A stretch of 64,000 bases of DNA from contig NC_058132.1 of assembly GCF_016433145.1 (NCBI RefSeq), positions 270,797,373-270,861,372 of the forward strand, given 5' to 3'. This document shows, in pieces, positions 24,616 to 37,985 of this stretch. Made by a program: the position numbers and the translations under genes. Position 1 is the stretch's first letter. Each line of letters begins with the position of its first letter. Origin of the DNA: Gracilinanus agilis. Its lineage: Eukaryota. Below the pieces are notes generated by a model, which was not told the DNA's origin, made no database searches, and worked only from the letters and a program-made list of their open reading frames with translations.

Positions 24616-26038
24616 ACTGCCTTCAGATATAAAACTGGATGTGAAACTCTAAATTGGTTACAGGAATCTAATAACCTCTGAAACAAATCAAACTAGAACA
24701 CCGACTTTTTCTGCTTAAAATATTTCCATTTTCTTATTTTTGCATAGCAATTTCATGGACCATTGTCACCAACAACCAGGAAATTAGAAGCCTGTGCTCT
24801 TGCTGATCCTTTAGTACTCAACTTCATACTTTGTTTATTTGACTCACCTTTTGGAGCATTTATCATAAGAAAAGTATGACAAAAATGTAGCAAATAATTT
24901 TGCTACCAAAGAGAAATAATAGTTAAGTGTTTGTCTGTTTGCTAGAGAGGCAATGTGAAATTATTAAAAGAGTACCTGCTTGGAGTCAGGAAAGACTTGA
25001 ATTCAAATTCTACCTCTGGCATTAGTGCTAAGGGCAAATGACTTAACTTTACCTCTCAGCCTTAGATTCCTCATCTGGAAACTGGGTATAATAATGCATG
25101 TATTATGAATGAAGTAAACTTCAGAGAGTTATTGTAAGGATCAAACAAGATAATATATCAGCTCTAGCTAGTACAAACACCATCAAGTACTGCCATATAA
25201 GCTTCTAATGAGAGTACTTTAAATTTTTATATCTATGGATAGAGATAAATCTACAACTAAGTATAGACATATCTATAGGTATTTACCTAACTAATTTTTA
25301 TCTAGGAATGTCCATCTATCTCGTCTATTTATTGATCATCTATGTATTATTTGTCTATCCCTCTACTATCTTTCTGTATGTGCATCTATCCATTGTCTGT
25401 CTATCCATCTACCCATCTATGTGTTGCCATTATTATTGGTCCTAACTTGTGATTTCACAGATACTGAAAACTCCTGATAAGGAAGTTCCTTCTTACCAAT
25501 GCAGGTTGGCAGTTGTCCTGAAATTTAAAATCTCAAGAGAATTGTCTCCCACCCTGAGGGGTTAAGTGGATTTTTCCAGAGTCATATGGTCAGTATACAC
25601 CAAAAGGCAGTACTTTAACTCAAGTCTTCCTGATTTTGAAGCTGGTCCTCTTTCCACGCTTCTACTCAATATTAGCTACCTGTTATGTTTTAGTATTTTA
25701 GAGATCCATGGTCTGTATGCATACTTTTCACTGATGCAAATTCCCTCTCTATGTCTCTTGTGAAAACAAAAATCCATTTTTAGTGGTCAAACCTCTCGGG
25801 ATAAGCCTTCCTATACTTAGTTAGGTCAGATAATAGGCACCTGGTATATTGTTGAGCACCTGCTGAGGAAGCTACACAAATGCTACCTCAAATTATTAGG
25901 GTCTGTCAAAGCCTCATGGTCTTTTAGAACAAAGGATCTCCTCTACTCTGCAAAAAGACATTAGGGTGGGATTTTATCCATAGCAAAAATAATAAATAAT
26001 CTGTGAGTCTTAGGTTAAAAAAGTGTCAGCATGAGATT

Positions 26039-26178
26039 NNNNNNNNNNNNNNNNNNNNNNNNNNNNNNNNNNNNNNNNNNNNNNNNNNNNNNNNNNNNNN
26101 NNNNNNNNNNNNNNNNNNNNNNNNNNNNNNNNNNNNNNNNNNNNNNNNNNNNNNNNNNNNNNNNNNNNNNNNNNNNNN
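26039..26178. other. Assembly gap (140 N)
   Basis: N run. The right flank is a MIR3-like SINE. Confidence 0.95.
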
Positions 26179-27075
26179 TACCTAGACCTAGAGCTAGGAG
26201 AGACCTTTAAAGTCATCTGGTCTAACCTTTTCATTTTACAAATAAGGAAATTGAGACCCAAGTATGGATGTTTAAACTATTTGCACAGTGACTTGGTTGG
26301 TAAAAATCACATCGTAGGATCATGGGATGATGGATTTAGAACTGAATGGGACTTTAGAGGTCAGATTCCAACTTCCATATTTTATACATGAAGAAATTGA
26401 AGTTCAGTGAATTTAAGTGACTTGCTCAAGGACACAGAGCTATCCTCTGAGGGTAAGATTTTAATTCAGCCCTCCCTGCCTTCAAATTTATCTCTGTATC
26501 CGTTCCACTATGCCAACTCTAATAGGGCAAATTGTCCCATCTCACAGAGCCTCAATTTCCTCATCTATAAAAAGCCAGAGTTTGGACTTGATTGCCTCTG
26601 AGGTCCCTGGAACATTTCTAGGGAAATGTATTTACTTTGTATCCTAGTTGTTCTTTGATCTAGTTGATTTGTTATGAGGAATGACTTGTCTTCACTTTTT
26701 TTTTTTATCAAGTAATGTCCCAGGAATTCCAGAATAGGCTCAACCATATGCCTGAATCATTAGAAAAGTGGACCATATTCCAAAACTCTCAAGTTTGTTG
26801 GGTTAGACCCTGAAATTGTATATGACGACAGGGTGACCAGCTCTCTGAATGTGATCCAATCAGAAGGCTGCAACAGGTGAATAATGGAAGAAGGACCATT
26901 TCTGCCATCCTGCATCTCTCTCTAATACTGCACGCTACATTCAAGTGAAGCTTTATTTGGTTCGACTCTTTTATATAGCTTTATTACATAAGATGCTAGT
27001 CCGCATTAGCCACTTACTAGATAAATACAGGAAAACTGTCTGTCATTTATTGGTTTATCCATTGTCATCTCAAAT

Positions 27076-27223
27076 NNNNNNNNNNNNNNNNNNNNNNNNN
27101 NNNNNNNNNNNNNNNNNNNNNNNNNNNNNNNNNNNNNNNNNNNNNNNNNNNNNNNNNNNNNNNNNNNNNNNNNNNNNNNNNNNNNNNNNNNNNNNNNNNN
27201 NNNNNNNNNNNNNNNNNNNNNNN
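27076..27223. other. Assembly gap (148 N)
   Basis: N run inside otherwise repeat-poor sequence. Confidence 0.95.
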
Positions 27224-28254
27224 ATTGCAAACATAAAAAACTAAAATGAACAGTTTTCTCATTACAGAATGGTTTCCTGATTAAATACAGATTAAGTGCA
27301 GGGGAAAAATCATTTAAAGACCTGACTGACATTCTACACTGACTATATATCTGGATGTGGATAGGTGTATATATTTTTTTTCTGCCAAAAGGTGAATAAA
27401 CATAGCTGGCAACATCGTACTATATATCTGGATATGAATAGGTACATTTGATATTGCTTTTTGCTAAAAGATGTGCATACACAACTGTCTAGAATGAAAT
27501 TAATTCAATCCTCATTTTTGAGTTTATCATCACTTTCAGAGACACAAAGGAAACGTGTTCCTTTTAAACTATATGAAAGTTTTAGCCTGTTACTCTTGTC
27601 ACTGTAGAATGACCCATCGTAGAGAGGTGAGGAACTACATGTCTTTTCCCAAATGTAAATCAAGAAATCATGAGAAAGATTTTCAAAGGGTCTGTTGACC
27701 TAATAGTTAATCTTGTTTCAGAGTTCAGGGAAGAAACAAGGAGAACATCTTCATATGTACTGTGAGAGTCCCTCCTCCAACCGTCCATGCCTTATTTATT
27801 CCCCAAACAAGATAATCTAGACCCTTCTTATACTATATGGATAAATAGCTCATTGGAATTTTAACTCCTGGCTGTCAGTTGGAAAGGCCATTCAGCTATT
27901 TCATTATATCCTAATTAATAATATGCTTCAATAAAAACATTCCATCACTACATTATTTAGAAGCAAGAGCACTTCTCTTGGTGAATATTAGCTGTTGGAG
28001 TAAGCTATTGAAATAATTATTTTGTAGGCAGAGGCAGGGGGACGCAGAAGAATTAATGTATGGAAATGATGATATGGGATCTGGCACAGGAACTCGGATT
28101 TCTCCTTTTCAGTCTATGAAGTAGTTTTGTGCTTTCTTATTCACAGTTTTTAATAATCACAAATACAAATAACTGAGCTGAAGTTAGCTAATTATGCCAA
28201 CAACTGTCCAATGACCAGCACAATTAGCCATATAACCTAATTTTGAATATATGT

Positions 28255-28452
28255 CAGGAGTTCTTAACATGGGAAAAAGGAGCTTTTAAAATATCTTTTT
28301 GGATAACTATTTCAACTTAATAATTTCCTTTGTAATTCTGTATATTTTATTTAATGAATTTCAAAACATTTTTTCTGAAAAGGACCCCACAAATGACATC
28401 ACACTACCAGAGAGGTCCATGACTTAATTAAAAAAAATTTAAGAAGTCTTGA
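28255..28452. mobile_element. Old hAT-Charlie (MER5-like) MITE
   Basis: Decayed termini caggagttcttaac...ttaagaagtcttg with the typical interior tttcctttgtaattctgtatattttattt...gaaaaggacccc...aggtccatgac. Confidence 0.55.
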
Positions 28453-29029
28453 GTAAATATTCATAGATTTTATGTCCTGGTGGAATTTAGGGCCATCAAA
28501 CAATCTTGGATGCAGGTTGGCCTGGAACTAATAGCCCTGTAGAGACCTCTCTCAAAATCCAGCAGTCAGTGTCAATGAATGTTCCCTTTGCCAGCCCATG
28601 AATCCAGAAGCACAAATAAACATGCCCATATCTGAAAATTAATTTGAGATATTCTGCAGCAGCCAAACCCAGAAATACCCTCTAGTCCATGGACAAAGCT
28701 TTACCAAAACTGAAATATGTTAGATGATAACACTATATCTTATACTTATGATCAGTAGCTTTTTAATATATTTTCTTTTTCTGTAAATAGGCCAATTGCT
28801 TTTCAGAGGTTGTCAAGTCAGTGATATAAACAAAATCAGTGAATGAATTCTAAAATATTTCAGGTTTTACCTGATCTCTGCTCTTCCCACTATCACTCTC
28901 CTCAGAAAACTCAACCCCCAAGGCTTTAAATAAAATGTTATATGTTTGATAAGGTTAGAACTTCTTACATCCTGTTTTCTCTCCCCATATTGTGTTGCTT
29001 GAGTTCCATTTAATGTATGCACCTAATAA

Positions 29030-29390
29030 GTTAACTAACATGCATTTAAAGTACTTCATTTGTGCCAAATACTGTTTTGCACAGTGGGGAAAAAGGCAGG
29101 GAAAAAATAGTTCCTTCCCCACAAGGAGCTTACATCTAAATCAAGCAGGAATGTATATATGCCAGTCTATCACATATGTTATTATATATGTAATTATATA
29201 TGTTATATATTATATATACATATATGTCTCCAAAGTGAGACACAAGGCAACCTTAGTGACAATGCTCTAGAATTAAGAAGACCAGGAAAGGCATCCTACA
29301 GTTGATTCACTTGAATTGAGTTTTGAAGTAAAGTAGGGGTTTTCAAAGGCAGAAGTGAAGAAGGAAAATATTCCAAGCATCACTGAAGCC
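29030..29390 (-). mobile_element. L2 LINE 3' portion
   Basis: catttaaagtacttcatttgtgccaaatactg...cccacaaggagcttacatcta...ttgagttttgaag...attccaagcat. Confidence 0.55.
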
Positions 29391-32300
29391 TCCAAATAGT
29401 CTTGGGTATAGTTTGGCAATGAGCTAATGGCCTAATAAAACCTCTAGAACAATCTAGCAGTCATTGTTGACTAATGCATACCTTCCTAAAGCCTAAGGCA
29501 AGATAAGGACTTTGAATGAGGGAGATTATAAAGACAGAGAGAAAGAAGGAGTTGGAGAGGGGAAATATGGAAAAGAAATTTGTTCAGGCTACTGGAAGCC
29601 TTCCTGGATACTTAGGGCGACTCTGAAATGTATAAAACTGGCTGTATTGATTCACATGGACTGGAGACCTCTGTAGCTAAGTTGAGGATTGATTTAACCT
29701 CCAAGAAGTCTAGGATGAATTAGATTATGCTGATATTGATGGACATCAAAAGGTGAATTTTCAGACTTTCTAACTGTTTTAACAGATGATGACCACTTCA
29801 TCTGGCCTATCGTCCCAGAAACTGGCCTGAACTCCCATCTTGCTGATTCCACAGGGATCCTACTGTTTGAAATATTATCAAAGGTAGCAGAGACTTTGGC
29901 ACTTCCCAGAAACTTTATAGTAGACTTCGAATATCATTCTCAGGGGAAAACATAAAACAAAAACCAACATGGATGTGCTGTGAAATTGGAGACATTATAA
30001 AACCAGTGCTAGTAAGAAAAAAAGGGTACAAATCTGGGAGGGGCCCAATGACCCCCTACAGTACCAATGGAGCTATCTTGGTCTTTATTTCCTGTATTAG
30101 CAAGAATGAATGCAAAGGAGATATTGAAATTCCCTTTCTTGGGGAAGCTTAAGAGGTACAGTTGTGTTAATAAATCAGACTCACACTGTTTTCAAAAGTA
30201 TATATCCAATAATTATGAACCATTCAGAAGTTGACATAGGTTGGAAATGCTGAGGTTCAAAGATCTCTGTGTTTCTTGGGGTTCTATTATTTTTTCAGAA
30301 AGTAACTTGAAAGGTATTTATATCATCTGTAAAGTGAGATTTTATAAAACTTTGGGATTTTCAGAATACTTGGAAGTAAATCATTAAGAGAAGTGACAGT
30401 GGATAATAGTCAAAACAACTTGTCTTAAACAACAGATAAAGAAAGTCCCTCCTGAATACCGCTTAAGTGGATATTGGTAGCAGTGGTTTGGAAGTTGGTT
30501 ATTCTGGATTGGTTGTCCCTTTTCTACAGAATTTTTTTTTCCTAGATGAGAGCTGTGATGGCTGGTCTGAAAATAAGTCTTGGTTTCTTTGTTGTTTTTT
30601 TGAAAGTAAGAGAGCTTAGTAAAAGTGAAAGAACATTTTAAAAAGTAGCAAACAGTAACACAACAAATTGTAACCAGGCTCTCCCCCTTACACTATGAAA
30701 CCAAACCCATCAATCCAGATGACTGCCATCCAATTCCTTCCTACAACAGAATTTCTTCATCTGGCTAAGCTAGGCAAGAGCAGTTTAGATGAATTTGCTC
30801 TAGTAAAAGTGGTTTCCTTTCCCATGTAACTCCTTTGGCAAACAGTTTTTATATAGGTAAGACCATTTATAATTTTTTGTGTGTGTGTGAGGGGAGCAGG
30901 AAATCTTGCCAGTGTGGAACAGGATGAGTAAGCAGGTGTTAGAGAATTAGTTCCCAGCCACTCACTAGAGCTAACCTTACAGAATCCCAGGATCCTTTCT
31001 AGAACATTCTAGATCAAGTACAAGGTCTGGGGCTTATCAACACTGCAAGCAGATCATGATTAAAGCTGACAAATTCATCAAGTGAGAGAAGGTTCAAGAA
31101 AGATATTTAGGGTGTACTTTTGTAGGAAATTGAGAAAGAGTAATCAGTCTAATAGGAGGAAAGGACCAAGGGAGCTGGGCCAAGCACTAGAAAGATTTGC
31201 TTAGTTTTTCCAAATTAATGGTGATCTAATTGGACTTGAAAGTAGAATTGAAAACGAGTCTTATTTTGATACCAATTCTACTTTCACATGGTTCTAGAAT
31301 CTTTGCCAAGTTATTTCTGTCTAAAGACTTAAGCATTTATGATATTATTTTTGAAAATGTACAGAAAGGGCCAGAGGGAAGATTAGAGGGAAGCACAGAC
31401 ATGAAGGATAGCTTGAAAGTAACCTGTTGATTTTATTACGTACTTTAAAAAAAGCAAACTGTATGAAAAAGAAATTCGTTGTTTTTACATGTAAACCTCT
31501 TTTTTCTGGTCTATTACATAGGTATATATTTATTGGCATGTTCTTTATTATGATTAAATTATGAATAAAATAAAATTATTCTGAATGAGTAGATGTTTCC
31601 ATGTCAGAGCCCTTTTCTCTTATTTTAATTATCACAGAATCTTAAATAGTGTTAGGAAGAAAAAGAAGATGAAAGAGATGACTAAAATATATATCAAAAG
31701 TGATAGAAATTCAGTAAATATTTATAGTTGTGGTTGATAATGATGATGGTGACACTATGGATGATGTCACTTTATGTAATGCCCTTCAAAAGATGGGGCA
31801 GCAGTGCATGCTAAAACACATTCTTTATGGTTTTATGATTGAAATATAATATTAATAACTGGGCATAGAGGCTATGCTATTGCTAAGTATTAATGGCCAA
31901 AGAACAGATTTAATAGCAATAGTCTACCCTTCTTTTCTTAAATGCTCTAAAATGTTCCAGCCATATTTCCCCATTTTGGCATTCCATAACCAACCTTCAC
32001 GACAGTCCAGGCTGTTCCCCATAACTGAGATGAGCTTTTTACTTATCATTACTTCTTAGGAGCCTTTGAGTTTCAAGAAGACCCAGCTCATGTTTCATCA
32101 CTTTTCCTGCTATCAAGTTAGTGTTTTCTCTCTTCTCAAGGTGTTATGCTTATAATTATCTGTTTACTTGTATCCCCTCTTCCAAACATAAGTTCTTTTG
32201 AGAACATTTTGTGATTGGAACTCTCAATATCTAACACAAATGCCTTGCATACAGTAGGAGCTTAAAATCCTGGTTGGAAATACCTGAATGAAAACCTAGA

Positions 32301-33599
32301 GATATCTATATGTCTATCTAAAAATATGAATATCTATCTAGAAACAGATATCCATTTTTTAACAAGCAATAACAACTCAAAAGAAAAACATGGGCTAACA
32401 TCACACAGAAAGAGATTGACTAAATGGAATACAACTTATGCCAGCAAAGGAATGACCTAGATGGATGAGATTATGGGTCCACTAAACATTGAAGTATATA
32501 GTTTTACTCAGAAAGGCAATCTATTAGTCATATCTGATTGATGCAACATTCACGAGAACTATTTGTGGCACTAAGCTAGTATAAACTTAAAGTCTGTTAA
32601 CATGATATCTATGAACTATTAAGCACGACCCAAAAGTATTTGGAAAAAAGAAAAGTGAAACTCTTTATTACTAATATATCTCCTATAAATAGGAAGAAAG
32701 GTATAATCATCTTAAGTTAAAGGCAGATATGTTCAATATGAGACTGTATGGTAAAGTAAATTGAGGACTGACTTCAAATTCAGAAGACCTTGGTTCCATT
32801 TCTGACTCTGATTCTGACTCAGATTGTCTCTCTGACCTTAGATGCCACTTAATATTTTGATGTCCCGGGCAACTCTCTAAGCTTATAAATTTCAGAATAG
32901 TTTGCAATCTCAAGTGGCAAAAGGAATTTCCTCACCAGACACTCTTCTAGTCTTTTGTCACCACAGAAAAATCAGGAAGCAAAGTCCAAACTAACAAATT
33001 CCCTACTATTAAACTATATCTCTATCATTCTGATTTCATTAAGTTGATTATAAATATATTCAGTGTTGTGAATTCAGTTTTTGAAACATTTTGCTAATCT
33101 AAAAAGTAAATATTTCTAAAATATCTTTCTTACTTATGCAATAACTCACAGAATAATAGCATCATTGAATAGCAGTGTTGGATAGGACTGCCATATCTCT
33201 CTAGTACAACTCATACTGAAAAAAGATCTTCACCATAGCAATTCCAATAAAATTATAATCCAGTCATTGCCTGAAGGACTCCAGTGAAGTGGCAATCAAT
33301 ATATCTAAGACAATTCATGCCACTTTTAAGTAGTTCAAATTGTTAGGTAGTATCTCCTTAAATCAAGCATAAAATTTCCTCTTTTTGGTTTCTACATTAC
33401 TCCCAATTTCTGCCCACTAGTATTAGACATTTAATCTCGCTTCCACCAGAGTTCTTGAAATGCTTTTAAGTACTTGAAGGCAGCATTCTGTCTTCCTTTA
33501 ATTTTCTCCTCTATGTATTTGTGTCTGTTGGGAAATATGAAGATCTGAGTACTCACTTTATTAGAAAGCATATTATAGACCAAAAAGTATTGAACTCTT

Positions 33600-33765
33600 T
33601 GCCTGAGGCTGTAAAATACAGGAGTTTAACTGGAACCATGTTAAAATATAATTAGGAAATGTTTAATAAAATAAATAAAAATAGAATATACAATAGGTAA
33701 TGTTAATTTGTGATTTTCTAAGTCAACATACCACCCTCAGGAATCTACTTCTGTTTCAGTTGACA
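33600..33765. mobile_element. Old non-autonomous DNA-transposon remnant (same family as 11070-11400)
   Basis: Similarity to the 11.1-kb copy is visible by eye. Confidence 0.5.
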
Positions 33766-35224
33766 GGATTATCAGTAGACCAAAAGAAGAAGTGGGAAGG
33801 AAAAGGAACCAAATTCATCATAGTTGATCTAGTGTCCTCAAAGGCTCCAGTAGACACTTCAAATGGCTGAAAGGATAGGGTGATTGAATGCTGTCTGGCT
33901 GTTAATAAAGCATAGGTTTCTAATTTTACTGCCTTCTGGTCATTTTTAATTGATAGGACTCTTGAGCAGAATCAATATCAACTCCCTATTAAGTTTAGGC
34001 TGTATTTGGATAAACAAATAATAATTGATTTGGACATTAGATAAGTTTTAACAACCAACTGCAAAGAGTTAACAATATTGGTGGTGAATCCATTGAAAAC
34101 ATTGATAAAGCAAGTATTTGAGCATTGTCAACCAAATGAGTAAAACTGTTTAAAAATAGTCACTATGAAATAAAACATGGACCATGAAGCAAAATGACCC
34201 AAGAACAGATGTGATTTTTTACTACGAAAGTCACACAGGACATCACAGAAACGTGAATGGACTAAAGTAATTTTTTTCTCTTTTGAAATAAAGTATTAAA
34301 TATAGATTTCTGGATTCCAAAAGTGTATTTTGTCTACTGAGAAGATAAAAGGCAGTAAGTATGCATTAAGCACGTTACATGTGACAAAGATTGGGATAGG
34401 GAGATACGAAGGACCCCAGGTGGTGTGAGGCTTGATAATAGCATCCAAATACCAAGCTGAAAAAATATTGGAATAAAGTAATTATTGGTTATTTTAAATA
34501 TATTATATCCACTCAGCAGTGGCTCACAGACACCTTTGTACAATTAATTGAATGCATTATTGAGATAGGACAACAAAGGAAAACCCACCATATTATTCCT
34601 TCCAACTTCTCAAAAAGTACAAGATTATGGAGAAAGGAATGAGAATCCTGAAGAGAAATAGAAAGGACCATGGGTCGTCATGCATCTGGAAGAACGGGGG
34701 CTTAGAGTAACAATTTTGATATATATCCACCAGCATACCAACATGTATTTTTTTAAAACAAAATGGAACTGTACAATAAGTAGGCTGTTATTGGCTGTTC
34801 TTTTATGAATATGTTGTCTTTTAGTTTAAAATCTAATATCAAAGCCATAAGTCTGAAATCAGGACTTTGAGAGGTCATCCAATTTTTCTTATTACTGAAA
34901 TGTAAAATAAATTAAACAAAATGAAATATGAAATGTACAAAGTCCAGGAAACCACAACAGAGATAGCAGCCCCCAACCCCCTTGCTGAGTTCCATTGTTC
35001 AGACAACACCAAACATGCCCACGTGTTCTAATACCGAGAGACAATCGGGAGGGGGAAACCTGTCCTGGAGGTTCAAGCTTTTCCTGGATTTTTTCTAACT
35101 TTAGTGGATGGATTTAAGTCCACACCTTAATGCCATTTGAGCACAATTCCTGTCATTTAATGCAAAACGATTTTAGGTTAGAGTTTGGTAGAAAATAACC
35201 TAGTCCTTTTGGCTGCTACTTCCA

Positions 35225-35588
35225 NNNNNNNNNNNNNNNNNNNNNNNNNNNNNNNNNNNNNNNNNNNNNNNNNNNNNNNNNNNNNNNNNNNNNNNNNNNN
35301 NNNNNNNNNNNNNNNNNNNNNNNNNNNNNNNNNNNNNNNNNNNNNNNNNNNNNNNNNNNNNNNNNNNNNNNNNNNNNNNNNNNNNNNNNNNNNNNNGCTG
35401 NNNNNNNNNNNNNNNNNNNNNNNNNNNNNNNNNNNNNNNNNNNNNNNNNNNNNNNNNNNNNNNNNNNNNNNNNNNNNNNNNNNNNNNNNNNNNNNNNNNN
35501 NNNNNNNNNNNNNNNNNNNNNNNNNNNNNNNNNNNNNNNNNNNNNNNNNNNNNNNNNNNNNNNNNNNNNNNNNNNNNNNNNNNNNNNN
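35225..35588. other. Assembly gap(s): 172 N + gctg + 188 N
   Basis: N runs 35225-35396 and 35401-35588. Confidence 0.95.
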
Positions 35589-36740
35589 ATGTATAATGAG
35601 AGACACCTCAGTTTCATGAGCTATACCAGCCGAAGGAATGAATGAATACACTGCAGATTTACCCACACTACCACACGCCATCCCTTGCTCATTAGTCCTG
35701 CTACATCTCTGAGTGACACTGTAAATTCATTTTGTGCACTGTCCAATCAGAGCATAATACAAATGTGGGGGCCCTTGTTTTAATGAGCCATTCCTATGCA
35801 AAATGAATTGACTACTGTCTAACTCATCTAATCTGCCTGTATTTTGGGGAAGGGCTAAATTGCCTATATTTATATGGGAAATAAATAAAAGTTGACATAT
35901 TTTTTCCCTTTTCAGCCTTGCATTTGGAAAATTTCAACATAATAAATTCTCCATTTTAAAAACCTGCCACCTTAGTTAACGAAATCCCAGCATGACATTT
36001 AAACGTGTGATCGTCGTATTTAAAAAAGCCTAAACAAGCAGCTTGTACACTGCAGTGGTCATTTGATGGGTGTTTGCACATGCATTCAGGTGCAGCTTAC
36101 AGAAATTCTGAGGCTCCTTGATGTATTTGCTCACCCTTTTAATACATGGATATTTAAGGATGTGCTTTAAATGTGATAAAATATATACAGCAATAGAAGA
36201 GGAAAATATGAGACGAGGCACTAAAAACAAAATAAAGCAAAACCCTGCAAACATTTTAGGAATTTGAATCTAATTCTGTTTGTTGGAGAAAACTAAAATC
36301 TCAATATTTGGTCTTGCTGCTAGTCACTGAGTGAACCCAGTGAAATTTGCATAACACACTGAAGGTAAAGTTTTAATTTGTTCTAAATGGATGTTATGTT
36401 ACCTCTTATGAAAATAATGGCTGTGAAGAAATAGTTCATTGTTTTGAAGGGATTAGCTCAGCATAATTGCAGCCTGTTTTGATCCCTCTTTTAATAATGG
36501 ATGCTCTCCATCCATATTTAAGGGAGCTTTTTTTTTTGGTGGGGTTTAAAGACTAGTTTCAAAGCTTTTCCAGATACCTAGCTAGGTTTTTGGACTGTGG
36601 GCTCATACTTGTTTGGTGATATAGAATGGAAAAAATTGCATAATCTGTAATCTCATTCTAGGAGCAGACTGCTACTGCTATCTGACACAGTGAACTGTAA
36701 TATAATAATAATAAAGCTTTCCCTTAATTTACTTCATAGA

Positions 36741-36950
36741 AGGCAGCTAGGTGACAGAATGGATAATTGAGTGCTGAATTTAGAGTCAGAAAGATTCATC
36801 TTCCCAAGTTCAAGTCTGGCCTCAGACATTTATTAGCTATGTGACCCCAGGCAAGTCACTTAGCCCTGTTGCCTCAGTTTCCTAATTTGTAGAATGAGCT
36901 GGAGAAGGAAATGGCAAACCACTGCAGGAACTTTGCCAAGAAAACTCCAA
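36741..36950 (+). mobile_element. Mar1-type SINE
   Basis: ggcagctaggtgacagaatggata...caagtcacttagccctgttgcctcagtttcc...gagctggagaaggaaatggcaaaccact...gccaagaaaactcc. Confidence 0.85.
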
Positions 36951-37079
36951 ATACTTACTCTCTCTCCTTGCCTACACATTGATTTTTGCTCCATTTCATT
37001 TTTCAAGTTATAAATAATAAAAGCAAGGGAACTGAAGGTAGGTCAATCTCTGACATCTATTTCCTTTTAAAAATCAATA

Positions 37080-37985
37080 ATTAAAGGTAGGTCATTGTGT
37101 CAAATATTTCTAATGAGAGTCGGATCTTCAAGAGATATAGGCAATTAAGAGAAATAGATAAGACTTAATATGGACAAACTGTTCTCAAAATAATTGTAAA
37201 ATGTTAACAAACATAGAAATGTTCCTAATAAATAATAAGGGATCTTGAAATAAAAAGTCAAGGTTTTACTTTTATGCTCAGTAATATGACAAAAAATGAC
37301 AAAAACTTGGAATAATCAATGTTGGACAAACTGTAGAAAAATGAACAACTATATGCACTTTTAGTGTAGTGAGTTTTTCCAACCATTCCTGAAAGCAATA
37401 TGTAATTATGCAAAGAAATAACTGAAATAATCAGAACTTTTGATCAAGAAATTCCAGTACTAAAAACATACACTCCAAAAGTCAATAATAAAGGTCCTAT
37501 ATGCACCAAAATATTAATAGGATTTTTTTATAAAGTATTTAATACCTGGAAACAAAATAGATAACCATACATCAGGGATAACTTGAACAAGTTGTAGTAA
37601 ATTAATGTAATAGAATTTTACTGTGCTATAAGAAATGACGACTATGAAGAACTGAGAAAAGCAGGGGAAGACATATGAACTGATACAAAGAGATATAAGC
37701 AGTGCTAGGAAAACCATATACAATGACTTCAACAATGCAAAAAAAAAAAAGAACAACTAAATAATTTAAACTAAATCCTGCAAAATTAAAATAGTCAAAC
37801 TTCACCCCTAACTTAGATATATGAAAAAAGTCTTTCCCTTGCTTCTTGCAAAGATGGGGGACAATCAGTATAATACATTACAGATTAGGTGAGACTTGCC
37901 TGATTAATTGGCTTTCTTGGAGGTGAAAGAGGGGAAACACTGAGAAATGAAGGTGATATAAAAGTAAAAGGTAGCAATAAAATCT
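37080..37985 (+). mobile_element. Old L1, ORF2 C-terminus and 3' UTR
   Basis: ccaaccattcctgaaagcaat..., ttgaacaagttgtagtaaattaatgtaatagaattttactgtgctataagaaatga (KLWY.NVMEYYCA.RN motif), ending in an A-rich tail. Confidence 0.7.

Noticed and set aside
32795-32840. Short TCTGA(C/T) hexamer repeats (ESESESE in the ORF track)
   Set aside because: A small local slippage expansion within a decayed MIR-type SINE.
35178-35681. Long ORFs of 133-167 aa (also those at 26.0, 27.0 and 59.1-59.5 kb)
   Set aside because: They are open only because they span N runs.
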